Shown here piece after piece: positions 23,101 through 36,314 of a DNA stretch of 64,000 nt. The stretch's first letter is position 1. Each line of letters starts with the position of its first letter. This stretch comes from Negaprion brevirostris. Lineage: Eukaryota. The position numbers and the translations under genes were made by a program. The stretch covers positions 33,380,927 to 33,444,926 of the forward strand of contig JARDVH010000163.1 of NCBI GenBank assembly GCA_030324005.1, read 5' to 3'. The notes below the pieces were generated by a model. The model ran no database searches and was not told where the DNA came from. It worked only from the letters and a program-made list of their open reading frames with translations.

Positions 23101-24036
23101 CTAGGAAATTATGTACGACAACCAAGCTAACAATGTATCTTAAATTGAGAAATCAGACTCCCTTTTTGTTCACTTCACAAAGGAGTTTGTGATTGAAATT
23201 TGCTTTAAAAAAATTCCAGAAACTACTTTAGAGATGTATATATTCCTGTTTGACTTTGATGGGGTGGTGGGAGGATGGTGGGGGGTGGAGGTGGGAGGGG
23301 CAGGGGTGCTGTTAGCGTCAGGGAGGAAGTGATAGTAACTCAGAACATTGTTGATAGTGACCTATTTAACAAATTCATCTTTGCCCGCATTATTCTACAA
23401 TTCCACGTTAGCAATAACATGGGGCTCTCTTTACATCCTACTGTTAATCCATCACAATTCAGAAAGCACCGTAATAATAAGAATAATATAATAAATAATA
23501 TAATTTCACCATGTTCTGTTTGGTCTCTGAGGGAAAAAAAACCGCAATAGTCAATTTGGATTGATGTCTATCAGGACATGGTGTATCATTCAATTCCTCA
23601 GATAAGCTAATTAACAAGGACTTCAGCTTCGTCCAATTTATGGTCCACTAAAAAAGGGGCTTGAAAATGTGTCTGGTCAACGTTCTTTGTTTTCTGTAGT
23701 AGCATAACACAACGCCATGTGTAAGACAAGGAGATATTACAATACCATTTGTAACCATGTTACAATACCATTTCATGTGCTTTTATTGAATAAACTGAAA
23801 AGCAGAATTTGGCAATATATTTCATTAGCGCAACGTTTCCAAATTCCCATGATTTAAAGCTATTTCTTTCCCATAATGACTGCATGATTCACATCACACT
23901 GACTTCAATCTGCTGGATTTCAATAAATTATTTCCTCAATAAGAAAGAAATCACCAGCAATTTCTTTGAATATATTTTGTTTATTATTTTTCGGGAGATT
24001 ACATGATGAGCAACGGATGGGTGTATTGGGAGTTAT

Positions 24037-25050
24037 GGGTCTGAATTTTCACACTAACAGCAGGTATTGGGAGCTGGGAAATTTCTCAACCTGGTTGCCT
24101 ACCTCATGGGAAGGTTCCAGCAAGAAAAAGGGGCGAGATTCGCTGGCCTTCCAGCTACGTGTTTCCCACCGGCAGGAGGTGGTGCATTGTTTGCTAGCGG
24201 TGGGATTCTCTGGTCCCACTGCTGTCAATGAGAGTTCTCACTGACGCCACCCCGTGGTGGCGGGAAACCCATCGGCCGGTGTGTGCTGCTGGCGGGCCCA
24301 GAGAGGCCAGTCTAGATATTTATTCCAGGGTAGGGCAAGTGATAACAGGAATCAGACCTACCATCCCCAGAAAGAGCTCAAAGGTAGCCACACACCTGTC
24401 GAGAGCCAACACAGGTTGTTTAAAAGGCCCATCTCAAGAGCTTCGGGATTCATCCCCCTTGCAATAATGACAGCAAAACAAATAAAAATGTCCTTACCCT
24501 TCACACATAGTCCCTATGCCCCATTCATATCAACTCATTCCTCTCCATACCTTCACCCACACCCCCATGCCGTTTACACGCTCAATGCCAATCTATGTCT
24601 GATAACATAAACATCCATTTGACTGTTGAAACTGCTGCAACATGGGAAAATCATTTCTTGATTGATAATGGCACAATGTTTAATCACACAAGATAAAGAG
24701 AGATCTGTAGTTTCTGCTACAGATACTTAAAAAGTTTTGGGTGTTTGATACTTATTAGGCTATAGTATATGGAGATATTTCAAAGAAAGTAGAAAGTTAT
24801 GACATATTTACTTTCTAAAAGCATTTTTATACATTGTCTTCTTACCATAGGGTTCATTGGTTCTGTACAGTGTGCATTGTGGATGAAAGGGCATGGAAGT
24901 GCCAAAGCTTGGCACAGAGTGGCAGAGCTTAGCATGGGGGGAATGGGTAAGGGGTGGGGGGGTGGTCACTATTTCTGGGTCCAGAAAATCCCGCCAGTGG
25001 GAGCGGCTGGAAAATATTGTCAAATTAAACTTTGTCAAACTCTTACTGCC
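24037..25050. mobile_element. Degenerate Harbinger-like non-autonomous element(s), with a MITE-like piece at about 24129-24300
   Basis: gggtctgaattttc start, gggcgagattc internal terminus, and catgcc/ccccat-rich internal sequence shared with 31320-32100, 48600-49080 and 51270-52280. Confidence 0.4.
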
Positions 25051-26382
25051 AAATTATCAAAATCCTGAACATTATCATTACCATTTTCAGTATGGGAAAG
25101 GGAGTTGTGAAATGGTCCCTGATTTTCTTAACTATGACCCATCGTTCCTCGAAGCTTCAGCAGAATGTGTGAGCTTTAATATATCAGAGCCGCGGACACA
25201 AATATCTACCTACTTGACTTGAGCTCAGTGACATTGTAATATGAATACAATATCACAATTGTTAAATGCTCCATTTTCAAATTGTAAGCCGTTTCAATGC
25301 TTAATGATGAGACAAAATTAATTCCAAAAATGAGTACTTTCCAGAACAAAATAGGGTCCATTTAACAATTAGGTGATTGAATGAATGTGCAGTTGCAGAC
25401 GGTGATTTTTATAAGCTGATACATAAATTGCAGTATCATTTCTTTTTTAATTTAGGAGATGTTACTTCTATGCAATCTAACAATTTTTGTTTGAGCATTC
25501 AGCTGCTATAAAATTAGTAATTAGTTTTAACTGGCTGAACAAATAAAAATGGAAAAATTTAACTGGGAAATAAAACTTCATTTTTGCACCACAGTCTCGA
25601 CTCAAAAGTTGCCTTAGAACAAACCATGGAAGCAGGTTGAGTTTAGTGTTTCAACTGAGATCCATTTGCCACTCTGATCAATTGTTGCTGAGATTTTGTT
25701 TTTATGGTATCAAAGTGTTACACATACAAAATGTCAGGAGAAGTACATTAAATGTTCCAAAGAAAATTCCGAACTATTTCAATGCCTAATAATGGGATAA
25801 AAATTAATGCTTTGCAAAGTGAAAGGATCTGCCCAGTTAAAAGAGGCCCGAGGCAAGTCCTGCACAAAGAAGCAGTAAAAAAATCTTTAATGACAGAGCC
25901 TTTATGGATCAACCGCAACCATGTCTTTCATGTATTTCTGAGAAGCACCTGGTAACTGCAGCTGCATCATAATATATGATCTTAAGTGTAGACTGGCTCC
26001 CCGGTGACCTACAGATTCAAACCTCGTCATCAAAAGCTGCAACTGTGCAGTATATAATTTATCATAATGCTTACAATAGTGTCTGAAATACTACTGTAGA
26101 CCTCAGATTTTGAAACCCATTATGTGTCATGAGGCGAAGTGTGTGAAGATGTAAAAACTTAATTCACTGATGTTTCCCGGCGTTTTGATCCTCATGTATA
26201 TATCTGCTCAAATGTTGTTACTAAGACTGATATTAGAAAATAGCAGATGCGTTGCTTTTATTGCAGCTTTGTTGGGCCACCTGCTTTAGGTAGCTAGTAC
26301 CTGACGTAAAATTTGAAACAGAGACCTTAGCAATGTTGTTGATTGCTATAGCCCCTCACATCAGAGCGATAAACAATGTTTG

Positions 26383-26432
26383 AGTTGATTGATTTATTAT
26401 TATTGTCACATGTATTGGGATACAGTGCAAAG
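26383..26432 (-). mobile_element. Rex1/Babar-type LINE extreme 3' end
   Basis: gatttattattattgtcacatgtattgggatacagtg is the antisense of the tail at 27270-27320. Confidence 0.65.
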
Positions 26433-26954
26433 TGTGCATGAGGTGCAGTAAATCTGCTATGCCATGACAATTCCAATGACAGAACTCCAGCGTTTTCTCC
26501 AGCAGGGAAGGGTGCAGGTCTGTGAGGGTCTGGCGAGGGTGATGAAGTTGATAGATAGTGGGTAAACATGATATTTAGGATGGCAGAAAGACCTGACTTT
26601 TGATGACCTTATAGGATGTCTTGAATCTCTACAGAACAACCAAAAAAACGTCATGCATTTTCACACCACCAGCACTTTTGAAATGTCGCCATATATTTTA
26701 CAGTGCTTTTCAAAAAATCTAAAAGGCATACACTTCAAAATCTTAAAAGATGTGGTAAGCAGTAATTTATTATAGTGTACGATTTGATTGAAAATGCTTT
26801 TGCAGAAAATAGAGAAAAAATGTGTAAAAGTACAGAAAGCCTTGATATTTTATACTTGTGACTTTACAGTTATTTTTAGACTCAGTGGTGTGCAATGCCT
26901 CACTAAACAAGCAAAATAAATAAGCTAATTAGCATTAGAATTCAACTCTGAAAT

Positions 26955-27320
26955 CCCATCCATTGACATAGTCTACATTTCCTGCTGCCTCGGAAAAGCA
27001 GCCAGCGTAATCAAGGACTCCATGCACCCTGGACATATTCTCTTCCAACTTCTTCCATTGGGACAAAGATACAAAAGTCTGAGATTACATACCAACCAAC
27101 TCAAGAACAGTTTTTTTCCTGCTGCCATCAGACCTTTTGAATGGAATACCTCGATTTAAGTTGATTTTTCTCTGCAACCTGGTTTTAACTGTAACACTAC
27201 ATTTTGCACTCCCTTCTTTCCTTCTCTATGTACGGTATGCTTTGTCTGTATAGCATGCAAGAAACAATACTTTTCACTGTATTTCAATATATGTGACAAT
27301 AATAAGTCAAATCAAATCAA
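26955..27320 (+). mobile_element. Rex1/Babar-type LINE 3' fragment
   Basis: CCLGKAASVIKDSMHPGHILFQLLPLGQRYKSLRLHTNQLKNSFFPAAIR C-terminus, then tail cttttcactgta..gtgacaataat and (caaat)n. Confidence 0.8.
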
Positions 27321-29730
27321 GGCAAGGCTGAAAAGAATTTCATGTGGTTGGGAGAGGATGCAAATGCAATATAGCATATTGCACCTGTACTGAAGTGAAG
27401 TGATGAGACAGAAAAGCACTATGTTGTAATGTTACACAATTCAGCCACTGCTTGTCAGGTGGAAGTTGCCATCTGGCCTCATTCTATCCTTATTCCTAAT
27501 CAGCATCTTCCTTCATAGGAAAAAGAATGTACAATAGAACTTTGTCTTTTCTTAGGTAAGATAAATCTTTGTACCTTATACTTTTACTTACACCTCTGAG
27601 CGAAACAAGAACAGACTAGTAGTTACAATGTATGTGTAACAAAAGATAAGTGCAGCTCCCTCTTCTCACATAATAGAGCTTTTTACTTCAATNNNNNNNN
27701 NNTGTATCAAGCACCGAAAACATGTCAAGTCTCACATTTTCATTGCCTAAGTAATTTGCTCCATTAAAAAAAAAGATTTATGAAGTCTGCCAGTGTTCAC
27801 AATGCTTCAAAGCAAATAAAGAGTATTAATTACAAGTATGATTTAAAACAATCTCAAAAAATATGGAAGAACTCCTCGCTTTTTCATCCAGCTGTTAATG
27901 CCAACTAAAAACTGAATTTTTAATGTGTTTCTAACCCATCTGTAATTTTTGGCTATACACCTCAAACATGTGGGCATAGCATGCATCTGTTTCAGTTACC
28001 ATTTTCACTTAGACAGAAATCCTATTAAGACTTTCTCTCAGTGTGGATTCTCTTTACCCATAACAGCCAAGAAACCCAACAAGGAAATTAAATGAATTAA
28101 TTTCCAGTCCTTCTTATAATTCTGTGGGACACACTTATTGTATGTGCTGTTGTTCTGTGTATTTACATTCCAGGATATTTGCTTTGCTACTCCTTCCAAC
28201 ATCCATGTCCTCAATAAAGCTTTCTGCTCTTTGTTTTGGAAGTCTATAGTTTACTTACAGATTACATTTTCAGAAAATCACAGTCTGGTTATAATTTGTG
28301 ACTAGGCCAACCCATACAAATGGAGGATTGTATTATATAAGTGTTATCTATGTTGTATTTCATAAGCTGTCATCATTTTGCTATTCATTGGTAAATTTAC
28401 TACAAATTGCAAATCCAGCATTTTTATTAAGTTGCCACAGAAACCTGAGCTCTATCTGTCTGGGGTCTAAAACCTCAAATCCTTTTCTTTATCCCAATAT
28501 TCTCTTTTTCTCCTCAGTCTGTTCTGAGGAAAGCAACTCTTGACGGTTATTGTTCCATTGATATTAGCTGCATCTGTAATCCCTTGTTCAAGTCAAAACG
28601 ATATCAACCCTATACAACCTCAATATAGACATACTTTACAGCGAGAGTGTCACTGATGGTGTGCAGAAATGAAAATTATTTTTGTTTTTACCTTTTCCTA
28701 GCCAACTGTTTTGGAGTTGTTATTATCTAAGTTTAGAATAGTGGAGCAAAGATTAATCCTGGAACCTTCTCTTCAGGTCTATGTAGTTCAGCCTGACACT
28801 CTGAGGCTCAGTGCCCATGGCAGGGTCTTGCCCACAGTGATATGTTTACGTGGAAGTCATAGGGAGGACTTCCAGCCCCCACATAGCTTGAGACTGGAAG
28901 TGGTGGGAGCTACAAATAGTCCTGCCAGCCACTGCACCACTCCTCTAATTTCAGCCCATCTTGAGGCCACTTTTGTGGGTAGAAGGGGTACCCACCTGCA
29001 CTTAGAAGATAAACAATTTGGTTCCTTGAGAGCCTATGGAGACGAATAAACGGAGGCCAACAAGAGTTGCCAGGCAGCAGTTTAGGTGTTTGGCGACAGC
29101 CTACCAACAGAAGGTTGCAGGTTAGTTAGTGCACCAAGACAGTCTAGAGGCACTCCATCCCTGGCTGGGTGCAGGAACAGACACAAGCCACCATGTCAAT
29201 GGATCACAATCAGGTTGAAAAACTGTTTCCTCTCCCCCAACAACATTCAGCCTATCGGTGGGGGGTGGGGGGTGTTGCTTGTGGTGGTGTGGTGTGGAGG
29301 GGGGGGGGGGGGGCGTTGCGTTGAGATCCAACAATAACCNNNNNNNNNNNNNNNNNNNNNNNNNNNNNNNNNNNNNNNNNNNNNNNNNNNNNNNNNNNNN
29401 NNNNNNNNNNNNNNNNNNNNNNNNNNNNNNNNNNNNNNNNNNNNNNNNNNNNNNNNNNNNNNNNNNNNNNNNNNNNNNNNNNNNNNNNNNNNNNNNNNNN
29501 NNNNNNNNNNNNNNNNNNNNNNNNNNNNNNNNNNNNNNNNNNNNNNNNNNNNNNNNNNNNNNNNNNNNNNNNNNNNNNNNNNNNNNNNNNNNNNNNNNNN
29601 NNNNNNNNNNNNNNNNNNNNNNNNNNNNNNNNNNNNNNNNNNNNNNNNNNNNNNNNNNNNNNNNNNNNNNNNNNNNNNNNNNNNNNNNNNNNNNNNNNNN
29701 NNNNNNNNNNNNNNNNNNNNNNNNNNNNNT

Positions 29731-30120
29731 GTTAAATTCTCTCTCCATTTGCCTGAACAGGCACCAGAGTGTGGTGTCTAGGGGATTCCGCTGTAGCTTC
29801 AGTGCAATATTAATGGAAGCCAACTTGTGACTGATAAATGTGGGCAGCGTGGCACAGTGGTTAGCACTGCTGCCTCACAGTGCCAGGAACCCAGGTTTGA
29901 TTCCCGGCTTGGGTCACTGTCTGTGTGGAGTCTTCACGTTCTCGCCATGTCTGTGTGGGTTTCCTCTGGGTGCTCCAGTTTCCTCCCACATTCTGAAAGA
30001 CATGCTGGTTAGGCGCATTGACCCAGACAGGCACCAGACTGCGGCAACAGTATTTTCATTGCAATGGTAATGTAAGCTTTACCTGTAACTAATTAATAAA
30101 CATTAAACTTTTTAAATTAA
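29731..30120 (+). mobile_element. Two tandem HE1-like V-SINEs (tail of one at 29731-29838; full copy at 29841-30120)
   Basis: Tail B after the gap, immediately followed by head gggcagcgtggcacagtggttagcactgctgcctcacag. Confidence 0.85.
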
Positions 30121-30134
30121 CTTTTATATGGGGG

Positions 30135-30245
30135 GAAAGCGCGATCAGCATATTGAATTTGATGATCAGCCATGATCAAAATGAATGGCAGAGCAGGCTC
30201 AATGGGCTGAATGGCCTACTCGTGCTTCTATTTTCTATGTTTCCA
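30135..30245 (+). mobile_element. CR1 3' tail
   Basis: gatcagccatgatc..gaatggcagagcaggctcaatgggctgaatggcctactc..ttctatgttt. Confidence 0.85.
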
Positions 30246-31404
30246 TGAAAGTTCTTTGTCATTAATGGAGAGAAGATGCATGGAACAGGCTTGCATGCTG
30301 CAGGTCTCAAAAAAACTCAGTGCTGCATATTTTTCCAGTAACTGACCTAGTGCATTGACAAAATGTTCCATTGGTTTGTTTTTGTATACCTGTGATACAG
30401 TAGAGTTGGATCTCAGCTTGTATGAAGATCACTTGGATTTAAGCCCCAACCTTTGATGAAACTGTGGTAATGGAAAGAGTCTGCTGGAAAGCAATTTCCT
30501 TTTAAATCAGTTGACAGAAATCGTCAGGAAGGTGTTTCATTTCATTGACTGCTTCTTTCTACTTTGCATTATGCATTTTTCTCGCAAACAAAACATTCCA
30601 GAGATCTTCTGCTACATTGTCTTGCAAGCTGTATGATATAAAAATAAACATATTTCCTAAGAATAAAACAAACNNNNNNNNNNCAAAAATAACTAAAAAT
30701 TGCATTTGTTTTGGCAGCATCAAAAATAAATCCTCAAAAGGTTGTGAAAACTTAATAAAGATCAGGAATGAGAAAAGGTCAATTTAGTCCACTGAAGCTC
30801 ATCCATAATTTATATCCCAGGGTCCATGTTCTGAATCTAATATGTGAATTTAGATTAAATAGAATGGTCCATTTATGCTGTATGTGCATAGGATAAATAT
30901 TATTCCTCTACTTAGTTCGAAGCAGCTGCAATAGAAGGCTGTGACTAAAACAAGTAGTAATATAGCTACAGTTCCATGTCTACCATCAAGTTATATGATG
31001 ATTACATTAGTTTCAGAATCAGAGCAACCACTGAGATAGGTTTTGTGAAATAGGGACCAGTGTGGAATGTGAAACCTGGCAACATTTTCACTCATGTATC
31101 AGGAGCACAGTACCATGACAATCGTAGGCTCCACAAACCTGACCTGGGAAATAGTGCTCTAGAACTGGGGATTTGTGTTCTAGGGGCTGGGTTTTATGTG
31201 ACCCCAGAAAGAATGTGGAGACTGATGGGTGCAGAGGTGAGCTAGACGGTTGATTGGTCTCAGTGCACCAGCACGTTATCAAAGTAACGAAAGAAAGCAA
31301 TTAATCAGAAAGGAAACAGCCCTCCAGCCTTCACCCATCATACCCTTTCACCCCTCCTTTCTCACACTTCCCCATGCCCCATCCAAGTCAATTCATGCCA
31401 CCTC

Positions 31405-31655
31405 AAAAAAAATCTGGAATTAAGAATCTACTGATGACCTGAAATCGTTGTTGATGGTCATAAAAATCCATCTGGTTCACTAATGTCCTTTAGGGAAGGA
31501 AATTTGCTGTCCTTACCTGATCTGGCCTGCATGTGAGTTCAGGCCCACCACAATGTGGTTTACTTCTAACTGCCTTTCAAGGGCAACTAGGGATGGGCAA
31601 CAAATGCTGGTCAGTCAGCGACATCCATGTTCCACTAATTAATCTTTGAAAAAAA
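31405..31655 (+). mobile_element. Bipartite SINE-like element (5'-truncated)
   Basis: atctggaattaagaatctactgatga..ggttcactaatgtcctttagggaagg..gggcaactagggatgggcaa. Confidence 0.85.
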
Positions 31656-32799
31656 CCTCATGCCCCTCTACCCATTCCCATCACCCTCACAACCCCATGC
31701 CAACCTAAATCCCTCTGCCCACCTCCATAAATCTTAATAGCTCTTAAGCAAACCTATGCCTCTCTGTCCACCACTACAGCCTCTTAAGCTCCATATGCCA
31801 ACTCAGTGCTAGTTCAACGTGAACCGTCTCCACATCCACCACCTTTGGCACTTACACTTACACTTACCATGCCAACTCACTCAGCATCCAACCTGAGCAG
31901 CCCTCAGGACCCATGCTGACTGAGATTAAATAAAGTTCTTAAGTTTAATTGATGAATTCTCTATTTTTAAAAACACTCATATATTTGAAATTCTTTCATC
32001 TCTTATAAAAATTCATAGAGAATGAGAATTCGTAGTTCCACTTCAAAGAGCTTATAACCATTTGGAGTTGACAAATCAACTGTGAATGAACAGGGACCCC
32101 TGACTATAATAAAGAAGTCAGTCATCCAGCACTAATCCTGTAATGATAACTTTCAGTTTTATGTCAGTACGGTGTGAAAACACTGCAGATAATTTTTTGA
32201 AATGTTTATAAAGGGCAGGAATTTTAAATACCTTGACAGCTTGCCGGCTCCTACTAATGGCTTCAATGAGTTTGAATGTTCCAATGAGTTTATTCTCTTG
32301 TTAGGCATGTTCATGTCTACATTTAACAATCCCAAAGGGAATCATACCTCTGACAAAGGTTACCTTGTCTTCCCCCAACAATGCCCAGAACCATTTGCTA
32401 AAAGGTACTTACATCCCCAAAAGGGTATCTCACAACTCCAAACATTTAGAAGCTTTAGACCTACTCCTACCAGGACAAAAGTGTTCAAGTCATGTCTTGA
32501 ATATCCCACTAACGAAAATTAGGTCAGCCCGAGGCAGCTGCACTTTGACAGATGTAATTACCTCCCTGACCATGGATGTACAACTTAGAACCCATCCCTA
32601 TCCCTCCACAAAATAGTGTTCAGGACGAGACTTCCAGATTTTGGCTATCTTTTCCTAATGATGGAGACATTCTCCATCTTTACAAAATTTCAGGCCCTTT
32701 ATTCAATCAGCTATATAATGGAGATCAGATTTCAACCAATTTTGGATACAGAAATAGCTCTGGCACTGTTCTAGTCTATTGTGCTCTAAGAGTCAGTCT

Positions 32800-33601
32800 T
32801 NNNNNNNNNNNNNNNNNNNNNNNNNNNNNNNNNNNNNNNNNNNNNNNNNNNNNNNNNNNNNNNNNNNNNNNNNNNNNNNNNNNNNNNNNNNNNNNNNNNN
32901 NNNNNNNNNNNNNNNNNNNNNNNNNNNNNNNNNNNNNNNNNNNNNNNNNNNNNNNNNNNNNNNNNNNNNNNNNNNNNNNNNNNNNNNNNNNNNNNNNNNN
33001 NNNNNNNNNNNNNNNNNNNNNNNNNNNNNNNNNNNNNNNNNNNNNNNNNNNNNNNNNNNNNNNNNNNNNNNNNNNNNNNNNNNNNNNNNNNNNNNNNNNN
33101 NNNNNNNNNNNNNNNNNNNNNNNNNNNNNNNNNNNNNNNNNNNNNNNNNNNNNNNNNNNNNNNNNNNNNNNNNNNNNNNNNNNNNNTGTGGACTGATGAT
33201 AGTCTTGCTCTGGAGAGAACTTCAGTGTCTGGTACTTTTGTCTTGCCATCTGATGCGTAATATTCTGTGAAGCCAAGTCATGTGGAAATGATTGAGCTGT
33301 CTTGCATGCCTTCGATACACAGTCTACGCTTCACAGGCATACAGGAGGGTAGTGAGTACTGTGGCGCTGTAGACCTTCAGTTTTGTTTCTGGGCTGATCC
33401 CTCGATGTTCCCATACAGTGCAGCGCAGTCTACCGGAAGCAGAACTTGCCTTTGTTATTCTTCAGTTAACTTCTGTATCAGCAGTCGCTGCTTGGAAGAG
33501 GGTGCTGCCAAGATAAAGTGAACTGGTCCATTGCTGATAGTTTCTGCCCTTTGATTGTGATTATGGGTTCTGTGCATGGCGCATGAGAAGCAGGCTGGTG
33601 C
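32800..33601 (-). mobile_element. 5'-truncated RTE LINE with intact 12-bp TSD
   Basis: Reverse translation gives YLGSTL..RITKASSASGRLRCTVWEHRGISPETKLKVYSATVLTTLLYACE..HARQLNHFH..RILRIRWQD. TSD aagagtcagtct at 32788-32799 and 33602-33613; the 3' end lies in the gap. Confidence 0.9.
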
Positions 33602-33891
33602 AAGAGTCAGTCTAAAACCACACTGAAACCAGAATGGGTTATATTATTAACCCATGAAAATACATGTGGGGATTATAGCATATGAAAGTGGTGCTCCCTG
33701 CTGTTTACAGTGATTGTGCTGACTGCATGGAGCAACCTGTGCTTTTCATTGACTACACACAATAGCAGGGAGTCTGAGATCACAATTGGCTAGTGTTTAC
33801 AAAGGCAGTCAGCATCACTTAAAGGGGAGGTGTATGATGACTGTAAGAAGGGGCTATTTGAAAGTGTATCTGCACTTTGATATTTTGAGGA

Positions 33892-34430
33892 ATGGCTGAA
33901 ACAGTGAAATGGTGAGCTCCTAGGTTTTCAGGCAATGCACACTGGTTTTGGTGCAAGACAGAGAGACATCCTATATCTGCAGGGAGCAGAAGGCCTCCAG
34001 TCATAAATCCAAGAAGCAGAAGAAAGAACATGGATGCATTACAGGGAGAAGTTTAATGGTCTGACATGAACTGGTCAAGATGAGTGAGTTCACCTTCAAA
34101 TGGAATATCCGACCAACAGCACCGCTAACGTCATCTACTGCTCAATTCACTTCACTCCCATCACTCGCCTATAAACAAATAATGTCAGTCAATCATTGCT
34201 TAGCCATTCAATTCAGGTACCTGACCATCTTGCAAGGCGTCCACTAAATACACTTTCTTCTTTCTTGCATGAGTTGGTCATGCATTACAGTAAGTGGCAG
34301 GAAAGAACTGGTAGAGGACATGCCCACTTGCCTGTCCTTATCCTGATGGAGACAATGATGCTTGCCATCATGGGAAGAGGCAATGTTGAGGCTGTGACTA
34401 CTGGCTGGGCTGAAAGGATCAATGACAAGT
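33892..34430 (+). pseudogene. Harbinger-associated Myb/SANT (NAIF1/MSANTD-like) gene relic with probable intron
   Basis: MAETVKW*APRFS (33892), RTWMHYREKFNGL (about 34025), then after about 190 bp of non-coding sequence QERTGRGHAHLPVLILMETMMLAIMG..VEAV (compare R.RTGGG....LT..EE..L.I.G). Confidence 0.6.
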
Positions 34431-35671
34431 CTGCTGGAACTTGTTTCCTCAACTTCTTCCTCATTCCACGTTGACTTCTGATTCACAATCTTCAGCACAT
34501 TGCTTCAGTATCATTTGTTGCTGTTTCTATTTCAAAATAACATCAGGATAAATTGTTTGAAAAATACAGTATGCATTTTAATTCCAACCAGATGGATGAG
34601 ATGGATTGAGTGAAGATGGAAGTGGGGAAAGGAAAAAGATGACAAATGGGAATTTCTGGCGGTCCTGTAAACAAAACATTTCTTCCAACTAAGGATATTA
34701 AATTATGGAAATTACAAGTTTCCCAGGGCAGGAACAATGTGGAAAATAACTTCCCCTAATTGTGATGACGTTATTTTTTCCATACTAAATAGTTAGGTTC
34801 AGCTTGAATTACAGTACAGCCAATACGAGATTAATTGAACATACACTGACTGAAACTGTTCCTTTGAGCAACAGCAGAAATTCTGATCCATTACACGAAA
34901 TCGCATAAAATTAAAACCTTTCTTTCATGGCTTCTCACAAAGCTACCAATTGTCCTACACAATAGCCATTGGCGAGTTAGGCTGTCTACAGTCACGAACT
35001 ACTCAAGTGCATTGCCGAAGTATAAAATATGACTTTTGGGCTAGATTTTAAGTGGCCAGTGGCACATGAGAAATCCGGAAGTGAGTGCAATGCAAACCTG
35101 TTGTTTTTTAGTGCAGCCAATGCAGGAACGTATTTTTCAGGTTTCTCAGTCGATTAGGTAGAGTGGGAATAATTGTGCCCCACTTGAGTTGATTTCAACA
35201 AGATACATGAAACCCTAGCCTTGGCCATCTGTCAACCTGTTTGCCTGCAGCAACAATGTCCCCCACCTCATTGGCCAAACTGCACTTCCTTGCGAATAAT
35301 GAGAAAGATGATGGTGAAAAAAGACTTGGAAGTTCAGACTCACCTCAAAGCACCTCAACTTCTTACCCTTTACCCCTTCCACTCTGAGTTAGCACCCTGT
35401 ATGCTGCTTCCTGTTCTGATGGCTGAGTCTGCCCTGCTGAAACAGTGTATGGTTGGGTCCTCACAGACTTGAAAACCCAAAAGTTGGCATTAAATATATC
35501 TCAGCATTCAGAACAGGGACCTGAGCAGTCTGTCTGTACCTTTTGCTTTGTTTGTAATTGTACAAGGCAATGCACTTGGTATGTATCACCCTTAATAGTT
35601 TTGCTTAATTTTTGTGTTTCCATACTTTTCTGTCTTGCCTATTCTTTGTTGTTGCCTGGCAAGTGACCTTT

Positions 35672-36180
35672 CTATTTGTGATGGCTCTGGGCACTGGAGC
35701 TTACAGACAAGGCAATGGTTTGAAGATTGGAGCTCAACCCCAGTATCCCAAAGTGAGCTGCTGTGTTTGTCACCAGTCTCCCAATGAAGGAAGCCATGCA
35801 TTCTGAAGAGTGGGTGATCAAGGCGCTCATATCCTGGATGGACTCCTCCACTTCTCTAAAATCTGTTACATCTCCATGTACCTCACATTGCCTGTCTAGC
35901 ATCTATGGCTGGACGTACAACTCCAGAGGCTTATCATCAGCCTGGGGCTCAGCATCTTGGTTGCCTCCAGTACTCCTCTGATTGGCAGGGGCCTGCTCCC
36001 CCTCACTCTCCAACAGCTGGTTTTGTGACCATGATGTCTTCACACAAGTGTGTGAATCCCTTAGACCGACACGTGCGTACCCATTGCAGTGTGTGTACCT
36101 CGCAGGTGCAAGGTACAGAGAAAGGATGTGATGCTGCAACCTCTGAGGATTCCTCCTCCCCCTCAGAGGTTTCCCAGGAA
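35672..36180 (-). pseudogene. Possible C-terminal relic of a Harbinger Myb/SANT-type accessory gene
   Basis: EVEESIQDMSALITHSSECMASFIGRLVT coiled-coil-like segment in GC-richer sequence; weak recognition only. Confidence 0.3.
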
Positions 36181-36314
36181 TAGTGTCTGCAGCTGCCAAT
36201 GTTTCATTTGTGTGGAAACAAACAAGATGTATGAAGGGCACCATCATCATTTGAGGTGACTCTAGAGAGATACGCTTCCGAAAAACACATACTCATAACA
36301 CTGGAAATGGTGTA

